From positions 1 through 21,188 of the forward strand of contig DAHVNA010000034.1 in the NCBI GenBank assembly GCA_027319565.1: a DNA stretch of 21,188 nucleotides, in the 5' to 3' direction. Positions 1 through 8,411 of the stretch are shown here, in pieces. The notes beneath the pieces were generated by a model that was not told the DNA's origin, made no database searches, and worked only from the letters and a program-made list of their open reading frames with translations. A program made the translations under genes and the position numbers. How positions within the stretch are numbered: the first letter of the stretch is position 1; each line of letters begins with the position of its first letter. Source of the DNA: Elusimicrobiota bacterium (GTDB taxonomy: Bacteria > Elusimicrobiota > Elusimicrobia > UBA1565 > UBA9628).

Positions 1-1329
1 ATTAAAATCCGAGAAAAAGACGGATTTCTCGCCGCCCAGAAAATCATCAAAACCGGACGGACAGACGGCATCACCAAACTGATTAGAGATTATATCGAGA
101 AAATCAAAAGCGAACAACGAAAAAGCCTGGCCGTTCGCGTCGCTATCGCCAGAAAAAGCGCCGAAAAGATGTCTTCGGCTATTACCGCCGCGATAGTCTC
201 CGCGCTCATTTTCCTTTCCCTAGCGGCATGGATTATCTATCAAGATCTCAACGAAAGGCTGCGGCTGGAAGATGAACGCGCGCGCTTTTTTCGGGTCTCG
301 GTCGATTTATTTTGCGTCGTCAATTTTGACGGTTTTTTTGAGCAAGTCAATCCCGCCTGGGAAAAAACCCTTGGATACTCTCCGGCTGAAATCATTTCTC
401 GCCCCATTTTGGATTTATTCCATCCAGACGACCGGGCCGCCGCCATACGCGAAATTGAGCGCTTGACATTGGGATTTACGATCACCGATTTTGAGGCGCG
501 CGCTCTTTGCAAAGACGGGGGTTCCCGCTACTTGCGTTGGAATGCCGTCGCCTCTCTTCCGGAACGCGTCATCTATTCCAGCGCCCGCGATATCACCGAG
601 CAAAAAAGACTCATTCGGATGAAAGACGAAGTGATCGCGATGGCGACTCATGAAATGAGAAATCCCTTAACCGCCATTCACGCGTCTCTCTCCGTTTTAA
701 TGGAAGAGGTCAAGCAATCTCTCAGCCCCACCGCGGAAAAACTTCTTTCAATCGCCTACCAGAGCAGCTCCCATTTAATTGAGCTCGTCAATGATTTCCT
801 GGATATTCAAAAACTCGAATACGGCCGCATGGAATTTCACTTCCATCCTCTCCCGCTAGAACCGCTACTTAAAAAAGCCGTGGATTTAAACTCCGCCTAC
901 GCTCAAAAAAACGGAGTCTCTTTTCATATTCGCGGGTTTATTCCCCCCGTGACGGTCAATGTCGATGAAGGCAGGTTTTTGCAAGTCATGGCGAATTTGT
1001 TGACCAATGCGGTCAAATACTCATCCCAGGGCAACCCCATCCAAATTGCCTCTAGTCAATGGGATGATTTTGTGAGAATTTCCGTCATCGATTCCGGACG
1101 CGGGATTCCGGAAGAATTCCAATCGCGTATTTTTGAAAAGTTCGCCCAAGCCGAGGGCTCAAAACAGGGGACAGGGCTGGGCCTGTCAATCTCGAAAGCC
1201 ATCGTCGAAAAAATGGGCGGCAATATCGGATTTAACACCCATCAGGGGCGAGGCACGGAATTTTTCTTCGATCTGCCGGTTGTTCCGAAATCGGAACTCC
1301 CCAAAAAGACCTCCTCTTCGACGACATAA
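1..1329 (+). CDS. Membrane sensor histidine kinase, CHASE3-TM-PAS-HisKA-HATPase; 5' truncated by the window
   Basis: Frame is open from base 1 (IKIREKDGFLAAQKIIKTGRTDGITKLIRDYIEKIKSEQRKSL..., like a CHASE3 C-terminus), so ATG 169 is not the true start. Then a TM helix, PAS (VNPAWEKTLGYS...HPDD...ARDIT), H-box THEMRNPL, N-box LTNAVKY, G1 DSGRGI, G2 GTGLGL. Confidence 0.9.
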   Translation: MKIREKDGFLAAQKIIKTGRTDGITKLIRDYIEKIKSEQRKSLAVRVAIARKSAEKMSSAITAAIVSALIFLSLAAWIIYQDLNERLRLEDERARFFRVSVDLFCVVNFDGFFEQVNPAWEKTLGYSPAEIISRPILDLFHPDDRAAAIREIERLTLGFTITDFEARALCKDGGSRYLRWNAVASLPERVIYSSARDITEQKRLIRMKDEVIAMATHEMRNPLTAIHASLSVLMEEVKQSLSPTAEKLLSIAYQSSSHLIELVNDFLDIQKLEYGRMEFHFHPLPLEPLLKKAVDLNSAYAQKNGVSFHIRGFIPPVTVNVDEGRFLQVMANLLTNAVKYSSQGNPIQIASSQWDDFVRISVIDSGRGIPEEFQSRIFEKFAQAEGSKQGTGLGLSISKAIVEKMGGNIGFNTHQGRGTEFFFDLPVVPKSELPKKTSSSTT

Positions 1330-1360
1330 CCGAAGGCGAATATGCTAGATTCTCTAAACT

Positions 1361-2704
1361 ATGGGACGCGGAATTTCGCTTCTGCGCGGGATTGTTATCA
1401 GCGCTCTCGTCATTTTAGGCTTCATTCTTTTTAGCGCTTACTCTTCGTTTCAAAACGCCAAACGAGCCGAATTCGCCTCCCAATGGGCCAATCACACCTA
1501 CGACGTACTCTGGCGTCTAGATCATTTTTATTCTGCTCTACAGGCGGCGTCAAGCCACCAAAGAGGATACCTTCTCTCCAGAAGAAAAATCTTGTTAATC
1601 CGATATCAGCGTAGCGTGGCAAACACCCAAAAACGCCTGGCGGAAATTGCGCCTCTCATATCCGACAATCCCCGCCAGCAATCCAATTGGCTCAAACTCA
1701 AAGAAAATACGGAAGACCGCTTAAAAGAAGCCGACCAGACTATCCAAATCGCGCAAAAATATCCTCTAGAGAAAGAGCGGCGGCGGCAAGCGATTAAGCA
1801 GGGTTCTCATTTAATGTCTCAGATTAGGCATTTGATAGCCCAAATGGAAGAAGAAGAAAAGCGGCTTCTTCAAGACCGCTTGGGGTCTGAAGAGGTTCGG
1901 GCAAAAAAGCTCATGCTCTCAATTCTGATTGAAACTTTTCTAGCCGTCTTGTTTTTGTCTCTGTCGACTTGGATCATTTTAAATCAGATACGGCAAAGAG
2001 ATCGCCTTCAAAAAGAAAAGGCCCAGTTAAACGCCGACATGGTTTCGATGATGACCCACGAGCTCAAAAACCCGCTAACCGTCATTTATAGCTCGTTGGC
2101 CGCGCTTGCGGATGTCCGAAAAAGCGGCTCTTTGGATGAAAACCGCCATATCCTTGATATCGCTCTTAAAAGCAGTCATCGAATGCGTAGGCTGATCGAA
2201 GATTTTCTGGAAATTCAAAAATTGGAATATGGGGCAATCGAGTTTAAAATTTCAGAAATCTGGCTTTCTTCACTCATCAAAGAAAGCCTGGAAGCCGCTC
2301 AAACCTACGCGATGCAGAAAAAAGTCAAACTATCTTTTAAAGACAACTACCCGGAATCTTCCGTCAATGTTGACAGCGAACGCTTTTTGCAGGTCATGGC
2401 GAATCTCCTTTCAAACGCCATCAAGCATTCGCCTAATGAATCCGAGGTTGAAATCGAAAGCTCGAAAAATGGAGACAGAATCAACATCAAGGTCACCGAT
2501 CATGGCCCCGGGATTCCCGCTTATTTCAAAAGCCGCCTATTCCAGAAATTCTCAAGAGACAGCCATGAAAGCGAACCCGGAACGGGCTTGGGATTGAGCA
2601 TTTCAAAAATCATTGTTGAAAAAATGGGCGGGACTATCGGGTTTGACCCTTCAAATTCCAATGGAGCGACTTTCTATTTTGAGCTTCCGGAGGCCTCTCA
2701 TTAA
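1361..2704 (+). CDS. Membrane sensor histidine kinase, TM-CHASE3-TM-HisKA-HATPase
   Basis: Two TM segments flank a CHASE3-like region (WANHTYDVL...HQRGYLL). H-box THELKNPL, LSNAIKH, DHGPGI, GTGLGL. Confidence 0.92.
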   Translation: MGRGISLLRGIVISALVILGFILFSAYSSFQNAKRAEFASQWANHTYDVLWRLDHFYSALQAASSHQRGYLLSRRKILLIRYQRSVANTQKRLAEIAPLISDNPRQQSNWLKLKENTEDRLKEADQTIQIAQKYPLEKERRRQAIKQGSHLMSQIRHLIAQMEEEEKRLLQDRLGSEEVRAKKLMLSILIETFLAVLFLSLSTWIILNQIRQRDRLQKEKAQLNADMVSMMTHELKNPLTVIYSSLAALADVRKSGSLDENRHILDIALKSSHRMRRLIEDFLEIQKLEYGAIEFKISEIWLSSLIKESLEAAQTYAMQKKVKLSFKDNYPESSVNVDSERFLQVMANLLSNAIKHSPNESEVEIESSKNGDRINIKVTDHGPGIPAYFKSRLFQKFSRDSHESEPGTGLGLSISKIIVEKMGGTIGFDPSNSNGATFYFELPEASH

Positions 2705-3236
2705 AAACCGGCTGTTGGGAATCTTGTCTTTCCTTTTATTTTTTCCTCTCACTTCTCAAGCCACGGATTGGTCTGGAATGACCGGGCTTGGGGCTTTTGT
2801 CGGCGCGTCCCGCTACCCGCAAAATGATTCTCAAGGACTCATGGATTTGGGGCTTTCCGTCTATCATGGGGTATCCTCCAAACTCCGCATCGGCGGCTCA
2901 TTGCGGATGACGGGAAACCAGGGCGGATACACCGTCGCGCCGGGCTTCTATTATGACCTCATTTCAAAAAAATGGGGAAGCTTTTATCTGGTGGGACACG
3001 TCTTGGATTACACATCCTTAAACGCCGCGAAATCCGGATCTAATTGGGATCTCTCTTTTCTGACGGGCGGCTTGGGGATAGAAGCCGTCAACTCAAGAAA
3101 AGAAAGCGTTGCCGCCGAAATTGGAATTTTTCATTTTGGAGTCGCGCACAGCTCTTCTGGAACCTCCGTTGGCCAGGGAAGCTACCTTTTTCCTTCTTTT
3201 CGCATCATCGCCAGGACCTATCTTTCGCCCCCATAA
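2700..3236 (+). CDS. Small secreted, probable outer-membrane beta-barrel protein; start uncertain (ATT 2700 favoured, ATG 2661 or TTG 2715 possible)
   Basis: GGAGG at 2689-2693 lies 6 nt before ATT 2700, giving the signal peptide (M)KNRLLGILSFLLFFPLTSQA. The mature part has alternating Gly/aromatic strands and a terminal strand FRIIARTYL. Confidence 0.7.
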   Translation: MKNRLLGILSFLLFFPLTSQATDWSGMTGLGAFVGASRYPQNDSQGLMDLGLSVYHGVSSKLRIGGSLRMTGNQGGYTVAPGFYYDLISKKWGSFYLVGHVLDYTSLNAAKSGSNWDLSFLTGGLGIEAVNSRKESVAAEIGIFHFGVAHSSSGTSVGQGSYLFPSFRIIARTYLSPP

Positions 3237-3262
3237 AACGCGATAATTTTATAGAATAGGGC

Positions 3263-5254
<1,992 letters not shown>

Positions 5255-5258
5255 CTCG

Positions 5259-5717
5259 TTAAGATTTAAGGAAATCTACAAGACGCCGCCCTCTTGGGCC
5301 TCGGGCGCGCAAAGTAATTTGGCGTCCCTCTTTTTTATACTCAAATGAAATCTCAAGCCTATCGGAAGCCAAATAAATGCGAGCGGCTCTGGCCCACTCG
5401 ATCATCACCGCCCCTTTGGGATCGCCAAAACAATCCTCCAAACCTATTTCTCCAGTCTCATTTTCAGACACGCGGAATAAATCCATATGATAGAGATTGA
5501 GTTTCCGCGTCCGGTAAAGCCGGACCAAGCCGAAACTTGGGCTCATCACGTCTCCTTTAAAGCCCGCTCCGCGCGCGACTCCCTCGGCAAAAGCGGTTTT
5601 CCCGGCGCCTAAATTTCCCGCCAGAGAAATAATATCCAAGGGTTTTAAAATGCGCCCGAGTTTCCGTCCAAGTTCCTTGGTCTCATCAACACTGGAGGAA
5701 TAAAAAGAAAGGCTCAT
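5259..5717 (-). CDS. tsaE: tRNA threonylcarbamoyladenosine biosynthesis ATPase
   Basis: Walker A GNLGAGKT, SPSF, HMDLFR, IEW. Start placed at ATG 5717 (MSLSFYSSSVDETKELG) rather than TTG 5771. Confidence 0.93.
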   Translation of the reverse strand: MSLSFYSSSVDETKELGRKLGRILKPLDIISLAGNLGAGKTAFAEGVARGAGFKGDVMSPSFGLVRLYRTRKLNLYHMDLFRVSENETGEIGLEDCFGDPKGAVMIEWARAARIYLASDRLEISFEYKKEGRQITLRARGPRGRRLVDFLKS

Positions 5718-5901
5718 CTCCAAATCGAGTGGGTGATTTCGAATGATTTTAGGCCCCCGTTCGGTGTCCAATTCATCTGAAGCTTCTTATGACGCAGGGC
5801 GCAGTCCCCTTATCCAAACGAATAGTGATGGGCCGCTTGAGGCGGGATGCGTAAGGATTCTTTTTGCCTTTCATTTTCGAGAAGTCGTAATGCGCTCTCA
5901 T
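5714..5901 (-). pseudogene. brnA: BrnA-type antitoxin relic with an internal out-of-frame deletion
   Basis: GGAGG 5913-5909 and ATG 5901 give MRAHYDFSKMKGKKNPYASRLKRPITIRLDKG, a BrnA-family N-terminus. At ~5804-5810 it joins a second frame reading DCALRHKKLQMNW, the family C-terminus. The middle (YFK...PYQ..IN.YL) is absent. The first frame stops at 5775-5773. Confidence 0.8.
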
Positions 5902-5905
5902 ATAT

Positions 5906-6036
5906 TTACCTCCAGTAGTTCAGTAGTTCTTCGCTTCCCGACAAGTCGCCTTTCTCGCCGATATCAGACGGATCACCGTGTTTCTTTGCGTTGAGTCCGC
6001 TCTTGGCGACATCCCATTCAAAACGCAGACCTTGAT
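5906..6036 (-). pseudogene. brnT: BrnT-type ribonuclease toxin relic with an internal deletion and no start codon
   Basis: QGLRFEWDVAKSGLNAKKHG (BrnT FEWD..K...N..KHG) is fused at ~5974-5978 to a +1 frame VIRLISARKATCREAKNY (BrnT IR.ISARKA...E...Y). The core between these motifs is missing. Confidence 0.82.
5913..5928. repeat. 8-bp perfect tandem duplication CAGTAGTT x2
   Basis: 5913-5920 is identical to 5921-5928, at the 3' end of the brnT relic. Confidence 0.9.
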
Positions 6037-6042
6037 ATATAT

Positions 6043-6070
6043 AGTCTAAATAATAATCGGCTAAAGTCAA
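6043..6070 (-). promoter_or_regulatory. Sigma70-type promoter of the brnTA relic, pointing toward tsaE
   Basis: Minus strand TTGACT (6070-6065), 16-nt spacer, TAGACT (6048-6043), then 6 nt to the point where the brnT-like sequence begins. Confidence 0.6.
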
Positions 6071-6137
6071 CGCACGCCGCGCCACCCGCGCGTCATATCT
6101 TTGGGCGGTTTTTCGTCATAAAAATCAGAAGTCGAAA

Positions 6138-6181
6138 TGGGCCCTTTGCCCAAGCTTATATAGGCCTTTTGGCCTATATAA
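6138..6181. promoter_or_regulatory. Pair of related palindromes, putative transcription-factor sites
   Basis: TGGGC-CCTTT-GCCCA (6138-6152) and perfect TTATATAGGCC-TTTT-GGCCTATATAA (6156-6181). The 16-mers starting at 6138 and 6161 match at 12/16. Confidence 0.55.
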
Positions 6182-6195
6182 ATTTTGTCCGCCCG

Positions 6196-6204
6196 TGTTA
6201 TGAT
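6196..6204 (+). promoter_or_regulatory. Extended -10 element for the secreted-protein gene
   Basis: TG-T-TATGAT, about 57 nt before ATG 6262; no consensus -35 at the expected spacing. Confidence 0.45.
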
Positions 6205-6261
6205 AATGGAACGGGCACGGAAGTTTGGCGCCAAAAAGCCGTAAAACAGAGGCACATAAAA

Positions 6262-7026
6262 ATGAAAAGAGTAAAGATATTGACCTTACTTGCTGGACTG
6301 ATCGCAGGTTCTTCTCCCTTGCGAGCACAGATGTCTTTTAGCCATTCCATACCCGACGCTGGGAATCTGGTTCGAGAGGCAAGATCATCAGGCGCAAAGA
6401 TGAAGAAAAAGGAAGCAGATCGGGCCAGACGAGTCCAGTCTAGTTTTCTAGGCGCCTTCCAGAAACTTGACGCCGAATCTCTCAAGCTGACGCGCAGAGC
6501 CGTTCAGGTCAACGCCGATCTGACGAGCTATGTTCCTCGCCTTCAAAGCGCGCTCAAAGGCAAAGCGACCCTTCAGCCGGAATTAGGCCGCGTTTCAAAT
6601 GAGGTCAATTCTCTGCATATTCAGATCAAAAAACTGGGCGGAAATCTGGAGATACTAACCGACGCCTTGGTCAATAATCACAATCCGAGCTTAGTGCATC
6701 CAGCAAGGGTTCTCTTTGCCCATGTTGCGGCCCTTGAGGACGAGTTATCCCAATTTGATCAAAATGCCACCAATATCAAAAATATTATTCCCCATGGGCA
6801 ATATATAGAGACGACTGAGGGAAAAATTCTCTGGAATCTATCATGGGTAGTTTCCGAAGATCTCGCCAATGATGATGCCCAGGAGTTCAACATCCGAAGT
6901 CAAGCCTCGGACTTGCTGCGAACCGTCTCGAATCCCTGCTCGCTCTATGGTCGGTGTAAGAGCGACAATACGGTGATAGAGGATCCATCACCATCCCAAG
7001 AACCGCCGATTATTTTCACTTGGTAG
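6262..7026 (+). CDS. Hypothetical secreted alpha-helical protein (254 aa)
   Basis: AGAGG at 6248-6252, ATG 6262, signal peptide MKRVKILTLLAGLIAGSSPLRA, amphipathic helical body; no family recognised. Confidence 0.75.
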   Translation: MKRVKILTLLAGLIAGSSPLRAQMSFSHSIPDAGNLVREARSSGAKMKKKEADRARRVQSSFLGAFQKLDAESLKLTRRAVQVNADLTSYVPRLQSALKGKATLQPELGRVSNEVNSLHIQIKKLGGNLEILTDALVNNHNPSLVHPARVLFAHVAALEDELSQFDQNATNIKNIIPHGQYIETTEGKILWNLSWVVSEDLANDDAQEFNIRSQASDLLRTVSNPCSLYGRCKSDNTVIEDPSPSQEPPIIFTW

Positions 7027-7045
7027 TTTCTCGTTCCCAAAATGT

Positions 7046-7088
7046 TTGTGGCCGGAGCGTTCCCGAATCAGGGACGCTCCGGCCACAA
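7046..7088. repeat. Long GC-rich hairpin (GTGG-tagged REP-like), probable terminator between convergent genes
   Basis: TTGTGGCCGGAGCGT(T)CCC-gaatca-GGGACGCTCCGGCCACAA, an 18-bp stem with one bulge. Confidence 0.75.
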
Positions 7089-7097
7089 TAATAAGGG

Positions 7098-7153
7098 TGT
7101 CATTCCGGCGGAAGCCGGGGTGACAGCGGGTACCCCAATGCGCAAGTCGGGAG
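7098..7153. repeat. GTCA-tagged REP-like palindromes overlapping the nnrD 3' end
   Basis: TGTCATTCCGGC-GGAA-GCCGGGGTGACA (7098-7125, two G-T pairs) plus a weaker hairpin CCCCAATGCGCAAGTCGGGAG (7133-7153). Confidence 0.6.
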
Positions 7154-8056
7154 GGCCTTGGTCTGTCGGCATATCTTCTTAAAAGCCTTGGGGAAAAAGG
7201 AAATCACATCCTGGGCCGTCATGGCATAAGGGGTCAATTCTTTTTGGGCTAAATCTCCGGCAAGCCCGTGCAGATAAGCTCCCAAGGCCGCGATTTCAAA
7301 CGCTCCGACATTTTTGAGCCGCCCGGAAGAAAGGTTTTGAGCCCATAAGCCGCACAAAAGCCCGGTTAGAGCGTCCCCGCTTCCTCCTCTGGAAAGCCCG
7401 GTGTCTCCGCTTGGGTTTTTTGTTTCTCTATGAACGTCTACAATGAGGCTTGGATGCCCCTTAAAAATAACCACGCCGCTAAATTTTTCCGCCAACCGGC
7501 GAGCGCACCACAAACGATCAGACAGAGCCTTTGAAACCGAAATACCAAGGCAACGCGCCATTTCCCCCGCATGAGGGGTCAAGATCGCGGGATTTTTGCG
7601 TTTTTTCATGATTTTTGAAAATCGAGCGGGGCTTTGAGATATTAAATTTAAGGCATCCGCATCCACAACCGAGGGGATATCCATTTCCAAAACTAATCTG
7701 AGAAATTCTCCCGTTTCGGGATGTTGGGACATGCCGGGGCCAATAGCCAGAGAGTCAAAATTTCTCATTTGATGAGCGCTCTCGATTTGTTTAAACGCCC
7801 GCCGTGAAATCGCGCCAGTCGAGGTCTCATCCAAACCCACGGTCAACGCCTCGGGAACGAAAGAAACCGCGGAGGCCTCAAAGCTTCGAGGAATTCCCAA
7901 ACTCACCAGTCCCACGCCTGATTTTAAAGAAGACTTAGCCGCAAGAAGGGCCGCGCCCATCATTCCCCGTGAACCGGCCAAGATTAAGGCGTGGCCAAAA
8001 ACGCCCTTGTGATCCCCGGGCCGCCTCGGCGTCAGAGCGTTAGCGAAAGTGCGCAA
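7100..8056 (-). CDS. nnrD: ADP/ATP-dependent NAD(P)H-hydrate dehydratase (YjeF C-terminal domain only)
   Basis: HKG.FGHALILAGS..MMGA, AIGPGM, VVDADAL, LTPHAGEM, GGSGDALTG, YLHGLAGD. Confidence 0.93.
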   Translation of the reverse strand: MRTFANALTPRRPGDHKGVFGHALILAGSRGMMGAALLAAKSSLKSGVGLVSLGIPRSFEASAVSFVPEALTVGLDETSTGAISRRAFKQIESAHQMRNFDSLAIGPGMSQHPETGEFLRLVLEMDIPSVVDADALNLISQSPARFSKIMKKRKNPAILTPHAGEMARCLGISVSKALSDRLWCARRLAEKFSGVVIFKGHPSLIVDVHRETKNPSGDTGLSRGGSGDALTGLLCGLWAQNLSSGRLKNVGAFEIAALGAYLHGLAGDLAQKELTPYAMTAQDVISFFPKAFKKICRQTKALPTCALGYPLSPRLPPE

Positions 8057-8057
8057 T

Positions 8058-8411
8058 TTATTTTCCCCAACTCACGGCCACGGCCAAGGCATAGTCCCGG
8101 CTATGGGTCAAGGAAAGCTCTAAACCCGGCATTTTTTTGCCCAAAATAAGCGCGCTCGGCCGCCCCAATTTATCTCGGGAAACAGAAATATCCCGCAAGG
8201 TCAAAGCTTTATCTCCCAAGGCTTTCCAGACCGCCTCCTTGGCGGCAAAACGCACCGCAAAATGCGGCCAGGGATTTTTTTTGGCCTGGCAATAGGCGAT
8301 TTCATCAGCGGTAAAAACGCGCGTTAAAAAACGTTTCGAGCGTCCGGCCACCGCCTTGACCCGGGAAACCTCGACGATATCCAGGCCCAGGCCCGAACGC
8401 CTTTTATTCAA
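8058..8411 (-). CDS. acpS: Holo-[acyl-carrier-protein] synthase
   Basis: GLGLDIVE, RVFT..EIAYC, RFAAKEAVWKALG, LSLTHS. Likely start is TTG 8411, overlapping the glmS end. Confidence 0.93.
   Translation of the reverse strand: MNKRRSGLGLDIVEVSRVKAVAGRSKRFLTRVFTADEIAYCQAKKNPWPHFAVRFAAKEAVWKALGDKALTLRDISVSRDKLGRPSALILGKKMPGLELSLTHSRDYALAVAVSWGK

Noticed and set aside
5743..5994. 83-aa plus-strand ORF
   Set aside because: It is the antisense shadow of the brnTA relic, with no RBS and no recognisable motifs.
5770..6260. Riboswitch, CRISPR array or structured ncRNA in the largest apparent intergenic gap
   Set aside because: Most of it is explained by the TA relic and two promoters; no repeat-spacer periodicity or known aptamer motif was seen.
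6067..6328. Short minus-strand ORFs of 62 and 67 aa
   Set aside because: They run across the promoter and operator region, one also across the start of the secreted-protein gene; no family resemblance.
5718..7171. Accessory patch as an IS, prophage or integrative element
   Set aside because: No transposase, integrase, terminal inverted repeats or flanking direct repeats found by eye.
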